This document shows, in pieces, positions 9,080-19,494 of a stretch of 64,000 bases of DNA. Within the stretch, counting starts at the first letter, position 1. Every line of letters begins with the position of its first letter. The stretch comes from Thermoplasmata archaeon (GTDB lineage Archaea > Thermoplasmatota > Thermoplasmata > RBG-16-68-12 > JAGMCJ01), in assembly GCA_046761045.1 (NCBI GenBank), contig JBHIFJ010000001.1, forward strand, positions 11,795-75,794, given 5' to 3'. The notes below the pieces were generated by a model. The model saw only the letters and a program-made list of their open reading frames with translations, was not told where the DNA came from and did no database searches. The position numbers were made by a program, and so were the translations under genes.

Positions 9080-10270
9080 ATGAAGGCGGTCATTCTTGCA
9101 GCTGGCGAGGGGAGCAGACTCTGGCCTTTCACATATTCCAAACCAAAGGTCATGATTCCCGTGGCAAACAAGCCTATCTTGGAGTACGTCGTGAGATCAT
9201 TGGTCTCGAACGGAATCAATGACATCATTATGGTTGTCGGATACAAGAAAGAAAGGATAATGACGTACTTCGAGGACGGACGCAGTTTTGGGGCTCGCAT
9301 TGACTATGTTGTGCAGAAGAAGCAGCTCGGCACTGCCCATGCTCTATTGGCTGCCAGCAAGAGGACGAAGGGTGCCTTCATAGTCCTTCCGGGCGATAAT
9401 GTGATTGATTCCCAAGTAGTCGACGACTTGCTTTCTGCGGGTGAGTGTCCATGCGCTCTCATTACCGAGAGCGAGATACCTTCGAAGTACGGCGTCGTCC
9501 AGATTCAGGAAGGAAAGGTTGCCGACATAATGGAGAAGCCCGAGGAGATGATTGGCAATCTCATAAGCACTGGCATATATATGATGGGAAGTGAGGCATT
9601 CTCGAGAATCAGATCACAATCAAGGAAGGGAGTGCATGATCTCACTTCCATAGTAAGGGACATTGCGGCAAGTGACGATGTCGTTGCTGTACACACAAGC
9701 GGGAAGTGGATAGATGCTGTCTATCCGTGGGACCTCCTGAGAGTCAATGAGACAGTCCTCCAGGATGTTGGGGAAATGAAGTCCGGGAAAATCGAGAAGA
9801 ACGTCATGGTCAACGGGCCAGTTTTGATGGGGGAGGAATCCCTGCTGAGGTCCGGAACCTACATCTTGGGTCCCGTCGTCATCGGAAGCGGTTGTGAGGT
9901 AGGTCCAGGAGCCGTGATATATCCTTCGACGAGCATCGGGGACAACGTCAGGATATCCGCGAATTCCGTGATCGAGGAGAGCGTGATAATGTCAGACGCC
10001 ACAATCGGTCCAGGATCCCATCTCTCGCACTGCGTCGTGGGAGAGGGCGCTTTCTTGAGATCGAGGTTCTCCTCCAGTTCATCGGTCTCAGCAATAGAAG
10101 TCGAGGGCGAGTTCCACAAAGTGAGCAATATCGGGGCCTTTTTAGGGGAGGACGTCCTGTGCGAGGATGGTGTCGTTGCCCTGCCAGGTTCCATCGTGGG
10201 AGCGAAATCCAGGGTCGGCGCGATGAAGGTCCTCAGGGGCAACATTCCTGACAGAAGCATCGTGGTGTAG
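9080..10270 (+). CDS. glmU: Archaeal bifunctional sugar-1-phosphate nucleotidyltransferase/acetyltransferase (GlmU-like)
   Basis: MKAVILAAGEGSRL.P.T...PK, QLGTAHA, YPWDLL and C-terminal hexapeptide repeats; adjacent to glmS. Confidence 0.85.
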   Translation: MKAVILAAGEGSRLWPFTYSKPKVMIPVANKPILEYVVRSLVSNGINDIIMVVGYKKERIMTYFEDGRSFGARIDYVVQKKQLGTAHALLAASKRTKGAFIVLPGDNVIDSQVVDDLLSAGECPCALITESEIPSKYGVVQIQEGKVADIMEKPEEMIGNLISTGIYMMGSEAFSRIRSQSRKGVHDLTSIVRDIAASDDVVAVHTSGKWIDAVYPWDLLRVNETVLQDVGEMKSGKIEKNVMVNGPVLMGEESLLRSGTYILGPVVIGSGCEVGPGAVIYPSTSIGDNVRISANSVIEESVIMSDATIGPGSHLSHCVVGEGAFLRSRFSSSSSVSAIEVEGEFHKVSNIGAFLGEDVLCEDGVVALPGSIVGAKSRVGAMKVLRGNIPDRSIVV

Positions 10271-10272
10271 AG

Positions 10273-12063
10273 ATGTGCGGGATTGTGGGCTACACAGGAT
10301 TCAGAAAGGCTGCACCTCTGCTTCTCGAGTCCCTCAAGAGGCTGGAGTACAGAGGATACGACTCTGCGGGAGTCGCCATAGTCGAAAAGAGGCTGAGAAT
10401 CTATAAGGACAAGGGGGAGATCGACAAGCTCAGGGAGACCATGCCAAACATCCCAGGTACGTCTGGAATAGCTCACACAAGGTGGGCGACGCACGGTCAA
10501 CCCACCAAGGCCAACGCTCATCCTTTCGCTGATTGCAGGGGCGAGATTGCCGTAATCCACAACGGCATCATTGAGAACTACATGGATCTGAAGCAATCAC
10601 TCTTGAAGAGAGGGCACAAGTTCAAGTCGGAGACGGACACAGAGACCTTCGTCCATCTGCTTGAAGAGAACTATGACGGAAGCCTGGAATCGACATTCAG
10701 GAAGGTTCTGCCAAGCCTTGACGGTTCCTTTGCTTTTGCCGCGGTGCACCTCAAAGAGAGGGGCAAGATTGTCGTTGCCAGAAAGGAGAGCCCGCTCGTA
10801 GTGGGCATGGGAGAGGGTGAAAACTTCGCGGCATCTGATGTTCCCGCTCTGCTCAAAGAGACCGACAGAGTGATAAGCCTTCATGATAATGAGATGGCGG
10901 TTCTGACTCCCGATTCGATTGAGATAACGACCTTTGACGGGAAGAAGGTTACCCGTCAGCCCAAGAGAATAAGGTGGACCATTGAGGATGCCAAGCGGGG
11001 CGGATACGAGCATTTCATGCTGAAAGAAATCTTCGAGCAACCCCAAGCGGTCCACAGCACACTACTGGGAAGGATTGCCGACTTTGACGTCAACCGCTTC
11101 GGCCGAGGTGCCTTCTCCTCCGTCAAGACCGTGGCATGTGGGACATCCTATCACGCGGCCTTGGCGGGGAAGTACATACTCGAGGATATAGCCAAGGTGC
11201 CTACGGAGGCCCAGCTGGCTTCCGAGTACCGATACTCTACAGCCGCCTTCGGAGAACCTCTGGTCGTTCTGATAACTCAAAGCGGTGAAACAGCCGATAC
11301 GCTCGGGGCTGCAAGGGAGGCTCGGAAAAGGGGACGGAGGACATTGGCCATAACAAACTACGTGGGAAGCTCGATTACCCGGGAAGTCGGGGATGTAATG
11401 TACACCCGCGCGGGACTCGAAATTGGCGTGGCAGCCTCGAAGACTTTTCTCACTCAGCTCATCGCCCTCTACATTCTATCCATCCAGCTCGGACTCGCTA
11501 GGAGAACCTTGAGCCTCGATGAGTCTAGGAAGATGAAGGAAGAACTCAGACTCATGCCGCGGGTGGTTCAGGGCGTTCTTGATGAGCACAAGCAGATTGA
11601 GAAGATTGCGAAGAAGTACCATAATGTCCGTGACATATTCTTCCTTGGTCGGAATGTGAACTACCCCACAGCCCTTGAGGGGGCCCTCAAGATGAAGGAG
11701 ATTTCCTATATCCATGCAGAGGGCTATCCCGCCGGGGAACTGAAGCACGGACCGCTGGCATTGATAGGAAAGGAGACACCGATAGTTGCCATTGCCGTCA
11801 AAGACCATACCTATGGGAAGATGCTCGGAAACATCAAGGAAGTCAGCGCAAGAAACTCTCCTGTCGTGGCAATTGCCTCCGAAAGCGACAGAGACATCGA
11901 GAAGTATGTTGACCACGTGCTGCACATTCCTGATGTTCCGCCGATTTTCACACCCATTCCGGCAACAGTTGTGCTGCAACTTCTCGCGTACTACGCCGCC
12001 AGAGAGCGGGGATGCTCTATAGACAAACCCAGACATCTCGCAAAGAGCGTCACAGTGGAGTAG
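10273..12063 (+). CDS. glmS: Glutamine--fructose-6-phosphate transaminase (isomerizing)
   Basis: MCGIVG, EYRGYDSAG, HTRWATHG, QSGETADT, ELKHGP and LAKSVTVE motifs. Confidence 0.98.
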   Translation: MCGIVGYTGFRKAAPLLLESLKRLEYRGYDSAGVAIVEKRLRIYKDKGEIDKLRETMPNIPGTSGIAHTRWATHGQPTKANAHPFADCRGEIAVIHNGIIENYMDLKQSLLKRGHKFKSETDTETFVHLLEENYDGSLESTFRKVLPSLDGSFAFAAVHLKERGKIVVARKESPLVVGMGEGENFAASDVPALLKETDRVISLHDNEMAVLTPDSIEITTFDGKKVTRQPKRIRWTIEDAKRGGYEHFMLKEIFEQPQAVHSTLLGRIADFDVNRFGRGAFSSVKTVACGTSYHAALAGKYILEDIAKVPTEAQLASEYRYSTAAFGEPLVVLITQSGETADTLGAAREARKRGRRTLAITNYVGSSITREVGDVMYTRAGLEIGVAASKTFLTQLIALYILSIQLGLARRTLSLDESRKMKEELRLMPRVVQGVLDEHKQIEKIAKKYHNVRDIFFLGRNVNYPTALEGALKMKEISYIHAEGYPAGELKHGPLALIGKETPIVAIAVKDHTYGKMLGNIKEVSARNSPVVAIASESDRDIEKYVDHVLHIPDVPPIFTPIPATVVLQLLAYYAARERGCSIDKPRHLAKSVTVE

Positions 12064-12922
12064 GCTCCTCCCTCGTCCAGGACGCGAGGATTACGGCGGT
12101 GAGAATGAGCAGTCCACCAAGCACCAGAGCTGTCGTAATTTGCTCACCGAGGAAGAATATCGATAGCAGAATCGCGAACAGGATTTCCGCTGTCAGGAGG
12201 ATGGAGGAGACCGTTGCGCCAACCCTTGTGAGCCCTAGTACATATATGAAAAGGGCCAAAGTCGTGCACACAAATCCAAGGTATAGAATGCCCATCCAAC
12301 CCTCCAGTGCTATGCCTGTCCCAGGGTAGAACAGGAGAAAGGGAGAGAGAATGAGCGCCGTTTCCGCAACCACGACCATCGATAGGTCCACAATTCGGTG
12401 GTTCCCTAGACACCTCTTTGTGAGGACTATGTAGGCCGCCCATGAGAGTCCTGCAGCGAGGATTATCACTTGACCCAATAGCTCTTGTGAATTAGGATGG
12501 GATATATCTCCCTTCGTCACGAGAATCAGAATCCCAACCACACCGAGTGACAGGGCTATGGCCTTCAGGGCGGTCACCCTCTCCCTAAGGAGATATGCAG
12601 CAAGGATCGCGACGAAGATTACGTTGACGTTGATTAGGAGAGCGGATTCCGAAGCGAGAGCGAATTGCATCCCGATGTGCTGAAGGCCGTACCCGAGCGC
12701 ATTGAGACCTGAAAGCGCCCAGATTGCCTTACTCCTGAATGCGCTAGTGCGCGAGAATCTGAGGACGAAGATGAATCCCCCAGCACCTGCGATGAGCATC
12801 CTCATGGACGTCAAGAAGTAGGGGTTCACCAGGTCCAACGTAACCTTGATGAGGGGGAAGGATGAACCCCATAACAAGGCCGATGCCAATATCAGCAGGC
12901 GAAAAGTCTTGCTTGACCCCAT
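12050..12922 (-). CDS. DMT/EamA family transporter
   Basis: About 10 hydrophobic segments; LWGSSF and two L.E repeat ends. Confidence 0.9.
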   Translation of the reverse strand: MGSSKTFRLLILASALLWGSSFPLIKVTLDLVNPYFLTSMRMLIAGAGGFIFVLRFSRTSAFRSKAIWALSGLNALGYGLQHIGMQFALASESALLINVNVIFVAILAAYLLRERVTALKAIALSLGVVGILILVTKGDISHPNSQELLGQVIILAAGLSWAAYIVLTKRCLGNHRIVDLSMVVVAETALILSPFLLFYPGTGIALEGWMGILYLGFVCTTLALFIYVLGLTRVGATVSSILLTAEILFAILLSIFFLGEQITTALVLGGLLILTAVILASWTREEPTPL

Positions 12923-13000
12923 TTCCCATGCGAAAGCCAGCCCTCCTCTATTACGTTTTTCGTGAAAACCTTTAAGTCAACGCTGCTCAATCGGCCGGCA

Positions 13001-14269
13001 ATGATTCACCGCCCGAAAGGCACCAGAGATTTCTCGGTCGAGGAAATGGATAGGCACAACCAGGTCGAGAGTCTGTTTCGAGATGTGTGCAGGCGCTTTG
13101 GCTTCAGGGAGATCCGGACGCCGACCTTCGAGCATACCGAACTGTTCACCGCCCGCTCTGGGCCCGGAGTCGTGAGAGACATGTACTCCTTCAAGGACAA
13201 GGGTGGGAGAGAGATCTCTCTAAGGCCAGAGGTCACAGCATCCGTGTTTCGCTATTTTGTCAACGAAATGAGGAATGCGCCCAAACCGCTCAAGTGGTTC
13301 TACATGGCGAACTGCTTTCGATATGAGGAGCCTCAGATGGGACGGTACAGGGAGTTCTATCATTTCGGGGCCGAGCTCATAGGGGCCAAGCCTCTCTATG
13401 GGGACGCTGAGATAGTGTCTCTCGCTATGGATTGCCTGTCCTCGACCGGAATAAAGAGAATGGATGTCCGCGTAGGCAACATAGGCGTCCTCAGAGGAAT
13501 CCTCGACATTCCCCGCGAAGAGCAGACGAGGTGTCTGCAGTTGCTGGACAAAAGGGACTTCGATGGTGTCAAAGCAAGGCTTGAATCGTTGGGCAGAACC
13601 GAGTTGTATGGGACATGCGTCGATCTGGTGAACCTTCGCGGCGGAGAAGAGATTATTGACGAGGGTTGCGAACTCGTTTCCTCAGAGTCTGTCAAGACTC
13701 AACTCGAGTATCTTCGTGCCCTTGAAGGGAGACTGAGGAACTATGGAGTGGAGGATTTCGATCTGGACCTTGGTGTCATAAGGGGACTGGACTACTACAC
13801 GGGAATGGTCTTCGAAGTGGACTCTCCAGACCTCGGGGCAGAGAAGCAGATATGCGGCGGAGGATCGTATTCCTTCGCGGATGCTATTGGAGGCGGAGAC
13901 ATCTTCTCCACCGGATTTGCGATCGGCTTTGACAGGGTCCTTTTGGTTCTTGAGAAGCAAGGAATCGAGATGCCATCTTCAAAGCTCGACGCATTTGTAG
14001 TACCCATCGGGAAAAGCATGCAGGAGAGCGCTCTGCAAGTCCTTCGTAAGTTGCGAGAGGCCGGATTGTCCTCTGACATCGATCTGAACGAAAGGGGTCC
14101 CTCCAAGAACTTGGACTATGCGAACTCTGTCGGTGCAAGATTTGTGGTTCTCGTTGGTGAGGATGAGTGGTCCAGAGAATCGGTGTCCGTCAGAGAGATG
14201 GAATCTGGCGATCAGAAGGAGGTCCCAGTTGAGCGGTTGGTGGAGGAGGTCTCCACCATGCTCCATTAG
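13001..14269 (+). CDS. hisS: Histidine--tRNA ligase
   Basis: PKGTRDF, TPTFE, LRPEVTA, FRYEEPQMGRYREF and RGLDYYTG motifs; ATG 13001 chosen, downstream of a TTTAAG TATA. Confidence 0.97.
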   Translation: MIHRPKGTRDFSVEEMDRHNQVESLFRDVCRRFGFREIRTPTFEHTELFTARSGPGVVRDMYSFKDKGGREISLRPEVTASVFRYFVNEMRNAPKPLKWFYMANCFRYEEPQMGRYREFYHFGAELIGAKPLYGDAEIVSLAMDCLSSTGIKRMDVRVGNIGVLRGILDIPREEQTRCLQLLDKRDFDGVKARLESLGRTELYGTCVDLVNLRGGEEIIDEGCELVSSESVKTQLEYLRALEGRLRNYGVEDFDLDLGVIRGLDYYTGMVFEVDSPDLGAEKQICGGGSYSFADAIGGGDIFSTGFAIGFDRVLLVLEKQGIEMPSSKLDAFVVPIGKSMQESALQVLRKLREAGLSSDIDLNERGPSKNLDYANSVGARFVVLVGEDEWSRESVSVREMESGDQKEVPVERLVEEVSTMLH

Positions 14270-14342
14270 CGCCCCGAACGGAATTTGAATCCGTGTCCCG
14301 AGCTCGACAGGCTCGGATGATAGGCCGCTACACCATCGGGGC
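14270..14342 (-). tRNA. tRNA-Asp(GTC)
   Basis: Reverse complement folds as a cloverleaf: acceptor GCCCCGA/TCGGGGC, anticodon arm CGAGC-CTGTCGA-GCTCG, T-arm ACGGA-TTCAAAT-TCCGT; no encoded CCA. Confidence 0.95.
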
Positions 14343-14430
14343 TTCCCTAAGAGATTCCCTTTCCGAATATTAAGGTTTGTCTGGGGCCAACCATCCAATG
14401 GAATGTGCCAACTGATCTCGCCAGGTCCGA

Positions 14431-14985
14431 TTATCGAGGAAAGATGGATAGAAACAGCAATGAGATGAGGAACAGGATGGAGAAGAACACGGCGCTCCAG
14501 ATGCTTGTTGCACCAAGTGTTGATTGCACTGCGACTGTGTAAAGGAGAATGGACAAGAAGTAGGCGGATGCACCGGCAAGGGTCAACCTGGCGAATGAAC
14601 TCCTGAGCACGGAACTGCTTTCGCTCAACATCTCTGCATCTCCCTTCATTGACTCAATGATTTCCCTGAAGAAAGTTCTTTGTCTGGCAAGGAGAAAGAC
14701 GTAGATTGCGATTGTGACGAATGAGAAGAGCATGGTCGGTGGCTTGGGGAGAATGAACACGTTCTGCATGAGAAACACAGCTGCGATGAGTGAAAGCGAA
14801 GTCGTTTCCACGGAGTTCCTGTCGGTGACTAGACCAAACAACGCCAGAGAGGCTGCCAGGACAGTGATGGCCATCGCAGGCGGGACGAACTCACTGTCAA
14901 AGCTGGCTGCGAGAGAATGGATCGTCCAACCACAAAGTGTGAGGATGAGAGAGGCCTCAATCAGCGGCAGAGCCCTCAGCATCAC
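14431..14985 (-). CDS. Membrane protein (last gene of the MoxR/DUF58 operon)
   Basis: About 6 TM segments; ATGA coupling to the DUF58 gene. Confidence 0.8.
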   Translation of the reverse strand: MMLRALPLIEASLILTLCGWTIHSLAASFDSEFVPPAMAITVLAASLALFGLVTDRNSVETTSLSLIAAVFLMQNVFILPKPPTMLFSFVTIAIYVFLLARQRTFFREIIESMKGDAEMLSESSSVLRSSFARLTLAGASAYFLSILLYTVAVQSTLGATSIWSAVFFSILFLISLLFLSIFPR

Positions 14986-16244
14986 CTTCGTCCTGGGTAT
15001 GGTCTCACCCCCTTCAGTGCTGCAGCGAGTGGTCTGGAGGTTTCCCAGTCCACTACGTTCGCATATCTTCTCAGTCTTCTGATGATGTTGTCCCGCTCCA
15101 TGGATAGTGTCAGTCTGGCCACGCTTTCTGGTGAGTCTTTAGCGGCTTCCCCGAACTCTAGCGGAGAAGGAGAGATGATGAGGACGTCATGTCCCCTGGC
15201 ACAGAGGTCAATCACACAGCCAACTGCCTTCTTGTCTATCAATGGCGTTATCATGATTATCTGGGACTGAGCAGGGAAGAATCTCGACACCACCCAAGTG
15301 ACGTGTTCGAAGGGCCATCTTCCACCTGGACGAACGCGAACGAGTGCATCGATGATTCTGAATAGCTGCTTCCGTCCGTAGCCTGGATAGACCCAGTCGA
15401 GAACATCTCTTTGAATCACGAGTCCGACACGATTTCGTGTTTCAAGGATTTTCGCCGCGATGCTGACAGCAGCTCTTATGCCACTCTCCAGAGTGGTTCT
15501 CTGGGCGAGTCCAACATCGGACTCCTTTCTTGCGTCAAGTACGATTATGGCGTCACCGCTCCTCTCACCCTCGAACTGGTTGCAGAATAGCTTGTCGAAT
15601 CTTGCCGAGGCCTTCCAGTTGATTTTCCTCAGATCGTCCCCTGCGTAGTATTCCTTGATTCCCCAGAAATCCGTTCCGACTCCTGCCCTTCTGGACCTCA
15701 CTTGTCCAAACCACATTCTCGTCTTTCTCGGACTGATCTTGAGCTTTCTTATGTCCTCACTTTTCGGTGTGACTGTGATGGCGTCCCAGCTTGGAAGGAT
15801 TCTCTCATCGTAGGTCGTTCCCATCAGGCTCCAGGTCCTCAGGACCGTGGGTCCAATCGTGTACCTGCCCTTCCTGAGACACTCAACCTTGTAAAAGAAA
15901 TCCCTCCTCTCATTGGGAGCCAGCTTCGTGGCGAAGTGGTTGCTTCCCTCCTTGACTCGGAGGTCGGCGGGGAGCACGTCGAAAACCTCAAGAATGGAGA
16001 TTCTTGGCCCCTTGTTCTCAAGTCGAATGTAAATTTCGATGGTTTTCCCCTCTGGAAGTCTCCTTGAGTCCAGGCCCCTTGCTACCCCCACATCCAACCT
16101 CGGGGCCGAGAAGATGATGAAAAGAGCGATGAAGGTGACGAAGGGGATAGTGAGGGTCAGGAGCAGCCAGTTGCCTGTAAAGAGACTCACGATTAGCAGG
16201 ATGGCAACGATGGTAGTGAACCAGGAAGATACCGGCGTTCTCAC
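14982..16244 (-). CDS. DUF58 domain protein (vWA-like MoxR partner)
   Basis: DFWGIKEYYAGDDLRKINWKASAR motif; N-terminal TMs. Confidence 0.92.
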   Translation of the reverse strand: MRTPVSSWFTTIVAILLIVSLFTGNWLLLTLTIPFVTFIALFIIFSAPRLDVGVARGLDSRRLPEGKTIEIYIRLENKGPRISILEVFDVLPADLRVKEGSNHFATKLAPNERRDFFYKVECLRKGRYTIGPTVLRTWSLMGTTYDERILPSWDAITVTPKSEDIRKLKISPRKTRMWFGQVRSRRAGVGTDFWGIKEYYAGDDLRKINWKASARFDKLFCNQFEGERSGDAIIVLDARKESDVGLAQRTTLESGIRAAVSIAAKILETRNRVGLVIQRDVLDWVYPGYGRKQLFRIIDALVRVRPGGRWPFEHVTWVVSRFFPAQSQIIMITPLIDKKAVGCVIDLCARGHDVLIISPSPLEFGEAAKDSPESVARLTLSMERDNIIRRLRRYANVVDWETSRPLAAALKGVRPYPGRR

Positions 16245-17201
16245 CTAATCGACCTTTGGAACGGGAACCTTTTCAAGGATTTCGGAGACGATGCTCTCGG
16301 TCCTGACGCCCTTGATCCATGGATCCGGCTTGAGAATTATCCGGTGGGCTAGACCTGGCACGGCAACATCCTTTACATCATCAGGGATGACGAAGTCTCT
16401 GCCATGAATCGCTGCTCTCGCCTTCGACAACTTGAAGAGGGCTAGCGACCCCCGCGGACTTGAGCCTATCTCGACCTGGGGATGCTGTCGTGTCCTGCTA
16501 ACGACCTCGACGATGTACTCCTCTATGCCATCATCCACGTGAATGTCCTCAACGGCAGACTGCATCTCTATCACAAGCTCTGGACTTGCGATCTGGTCAA
16601 TGTCAACCTCGTCCTTGCGCCTGGTCTTCCTTCTATCGATGATGGCCTTTTCCTCAACACGGGTCGGATAGCCAATATCGATTCGCATGAGGAACCTGTC
16701 GATCTGAGCCTCTGGAAGAGGGTACGTTCCCTCATACTCAATCGGATTCTGGGTCGCGAGAACGATGAATGGTTCGGGCAAGGCAATGGTTTCCCCGCCA
16801 AGGGTCGTTTGCTTCTCTTGCATGGCCTCGAGCAGTGCAGCCTGAGTCTTGGGCGGGGCCCTGTTTATTTCGTCTGCGAGAAGGATGTTCGTGAATACTG
16901 GTCCTTCTCTGAGCACGAAGTCGCTCGTCTTCCTGTCGAAAATGTGAGTTCCTGTTATGTCCGCCGGTAGGAGGTCTGGTGTGAACTGTACGCGTGTGAA
17001 CTTGCAGCCGAGAGACGCGGCGAAACTCTTGGCCATCAGTGTCTTTGCCAGTCCAGGGACATCCTCAAAGAGGAGATGCCCATTGGAGAGTATCGTTATT
17101 AGAACCTTTTCCAGAACCTTCTCCTTGCCTACTATTGCCTTTCCCACTTCCGTGTTGAGCCTGTCCACAACATGCGTGAGTTCCTCGATTCTCATCGCCA
17201 T
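16245..17201 (-). CDS. moxR: MoxR family AAA+ ATPase
   Basis: EDVPGLAKT, QFTPDLLPADITG, DEINRAPPKTQAALLEAMQE and ATQNPIE motifs. Confidence 0.96.
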   Translation of the reverse strand: MAMRIEELTHVVDRLNTEVGKAIVGKEKVLEKVLITILSNGHLLFEDVPGLAKTLMAKSFAASLGCKFTRVQFTPDLLPADITGTHIFDRKTSDFVLREGPVFTNILLADEINRAPPKTQAALLEAMQEKQTTLGGETIALPEPFIVLATQNPIEYEGTYPLPEAQIDRFLMRIDIGYPTRVEEKAIIDRRKTRRKDEVDIDQIASPELVIEMQSAVEDIHVDDGIEEYIVEVVSRTRQHPQVEIGSSPRGSLALFKLSKARAAIHGRDFVIPDDVKDVAVPGLAHRIILKPDPWIKGVRTESIVSEILEKVPVPKVD

Positions 17202-17857
17202 TCCTCCATCTTCTCAAGAATGTGAAGAACATTCTGGTTGAAGCTCCGTGAGGCCCCCAGCGAGCTCATTATCGGAAGCTTCTCCTTGATTATTGATGAC
17301 CAGTTTGAAAGGTCCTTCTCGCTTTGCAGCAGAAAGTCGGCCACTTCCTCATCATCGAGAAGCCCGACCAACCTACTCCTATCATGGAGTATTCCTTCCA
17401 TCTCGTCCTCGTCGATATCCCGTTGCGTTTGAATAGTCTCGACTATCGCTGTCCTTACTCTCTCCACCGCGGTGAGCTGGCTATACGGGTAGTTCTTCTC
17501 CGCCCTTCTCAGCATCCGAATCAGCCTTGCGACCTCGTTCCACTGCTTCTTTTCCTGGGCGGGGGGTGAAGAGAGCCGTTCTGGAGCGGATGTCTTCCGT
17601 GAGGCTATGAAGGCAATGCCGAACGCTGTTGCAGATACGAGTAGCACCACGATTATCCATCTCAGTTTCCCGCTGAATTGAGCGTAGAACAAGAGCACTG
17701 ACAAGAATCCGAGAAGCAGGGCCACCGTGATGTAGAATCCGGTGATATTCATTCTGGATGCAACGTACCCGCCTCTAGCGTCCTTTCCGGGGACGTACCC
17801 ATGAGTGGCGCGGAGAAGGCTCTCCGACCGGTGGTCCATGTCGCTCTTCATTCTCAT
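17192..17857 (-). CDS. Hypothetical 2-TM membrane protein of the MoxR operon
   Basis: Two TM helices then a soluble helical region; ATG 17857 overlaps the upstream TGA. Confidence 0.75.
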   Translation of the reverse strand: MRMKSDMDHRSESLLRATHGYVPGKDARGGYVASRMNITGFYITVALLLGFLSVLLFYAQFSGKLRWIIVVLLVSATAFGIAFIASRKTSAPERLSSPPAQEKKQWNEVARLIRMLRRAEKNYPYSQLTAVERVRTAIVETIQTQRDIDEDEMEGILHDRSRLVGLLDDEEVADFLLQSEKDLSNWSSIIKEKLPIMSSLGASRSFNQNVLHILEKMEEWR

Positions 17858-18768
17858 CCGCCCTCCTCCAATTCTGACTGAATCTCTTTGAGGCTGCAAA
17901 TCGCCATGTCCCTCTGCTCCTCAGAGATGTCGTGATCGCTGTATCTTGCGATTTCGAAAATGCCAGTGAGAGTCGCAATTGAGTCCTCTGAAAGGCCCGC
18001 TTCTTTCCGTGCAATGACCTCGAATTCCCTCGGAGTCAACGAAGGATGGCCCTCCACTCCTGTGCTGAGAAGTATGAAGCACATGTCTGAGTAGCATCTT
18101 AGGACAGTCGACCGAAAATCCCCTCCAGACTCGAGCCCGCTTATGGTCCTTCTCACCTTCCTGGCGAGGATTCTCCTCCTCCTCGCCCTTTCCCGCCCCT
18201 CGGCCAGGACAGCGTCTTTGAACGAAGGGAGGAAGTGGTACAGGAACAGCGAGGTCAGAAGTACGAGGCTGGCCAATAGGGTGATGGTGAAGTAGATCGG
18301 GAACTCCCGTGTCGTCTTGATTCCCCCGCCTGGACCCGTTGGCCCTCCGCCCTCTGCAGGCTCGCCGAAGGAGAAGTACTTAATCAAAGCCTCAAAGGAC
18401 CCCGATATATCGTGAAAGAAGAGGACCGCACCTATGATGAATGCAATGGCGAGGATTCCGCCGAGGAATTCAAAAAGGGGGAGATATTCTCCCAGGTTCT
18501 CTCCTCTGTAGATCGCGTAGGCAATACCAGTGACTATGACCACCAGGAGACAAACAAAGAAGGCAATGAAACCGACTTTCAGAACTTCCGGATCCGCACC
18601 AAACGCTGTCCCGTTGACTTCCTCCGGCCTTTCAGAAGGAAACTCGGGTATGACCTCTTCTCCCGTGACCACGTTTGCCACGTTGAAGGAAAGGTTTCCT
18701 ATGGCGACCGCTGAAAGCAAGAGAAGGGAAATGGAGATTACCGGAGCGAAATCCCTCCGTATGTCCAT
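17854..18768 (-). CDS. DUF4129 domain membrane protein
   Basis: C-terminal SLTPREF...LTGIFEIARYS motif; several TMs. Confidence 0.88.
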   Translation of the reverse strand: MDIRRDFAPVISISLLLLSAVAIGNLSFNVANVVTGEEVIPEFPSERPEEVNGTAFGADPEVLKVGFIAFFVCLLVVIVTGIAYAIYRGENLGEYLPLFEFLGGILAIAFIIGAVLFFHDISGSFEALIKYFSFGEPAEGGGPTGPGGGIKTTREFPIYFTITLLASLVLLTSLFLYHFLPSFKDAVLAEGRERARRRRILARKVRRTISGLESGGDFRSTVLRCYSDMCFILLSTGVEGHPSLTPREFEVIARKEAGLSEDSIATLTGIFEIARYSDHDISEEQRDMAICSLKEIQSELEEGG

Positions 18769-18849
18769 GTCTTGGAATATTCCGCTGACACTATTTAAGT
18801 TGATATCTGGGGTGGCCGCGTGGTCGAAGCGATTGGAAAAGAGCGGGTC

Positions 18850-19494
18850 TCACTTCGGAATCTTCTCGTAATCTTCGAGGAACTTCCTGATTCCCACATC
18901 CGTCAGTGAATGCCTCACCATTTTCTGTAGGACGTTGAAGGGGACAGTGGCGATGTGGGCGCCCACCAGGGCGGATTCGACCACATGAATCGGATGCCTC
19001 ACACTTGCGACAATGATTTGTGTGTCGAAATCGTAGTTCTCGAAGATGGCGACGGTTTCTCTGATGACGTCCATGCCAACCTGGCCCTGGTCGTCGAGCC
19101 TTCCAATGAAGGGACTGACAAACGCGGCTCCCGCCTTCGCTGCGAGAAGCGCTTGATTCGAGGAGAATATCAGAGTCACATTTACCTTGATGCCCTCCTT
19201 CTTGAGCGCCTTTGTCGCCTTCAGACCGTCGGGAGTCATCGGAATCTTTATGACAATGTTCTTGTGAATCCTCGCCAGCTCTCTGGCTTCCTTTACCATG
19301 CCTTCCCAGTCCTCGCTTACGACTTCCGCGCTGATGGGGCCATCGACGATTTCGCAGATTTCCTTGACGACCTCCTCAAAGTTTCTCCCCTCCTTTGCGA
19401 TCAACGTCGGATTCGTGGTCACGCCATCGATTACTCCCCAGCTATTGGCCTCGCGTATATCGTCAACGTTTGCTGTGTCCAAGAATATCTTCAT
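18850..19494 (-). CDS. tal: Transaldolase / fructose-6-phosphate aldolase family
   Basis: [30 protein letters not shown] and SPFIGRLDD motifs. Confidence 0.94.
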   Translation of the reverse strand: MKIFLDTANVDDIREANSWGVIDGVTTNPTLIAKEGRNFEEVVKEICEIVDGPISAEVVSEDWEGMVKEARELARIHKNIVIKIPMTPDGLKATKALKKEGIKVNVTLIFSSNQALLAAKAGAAFVSPFIGRLDDQGQVGMDVIRETVAIFENYDFDTQIIVASVRHPIHVVESALVGAHIATVPFNVLQKMVRHSLTDVGIRKFLEDYEKIPK

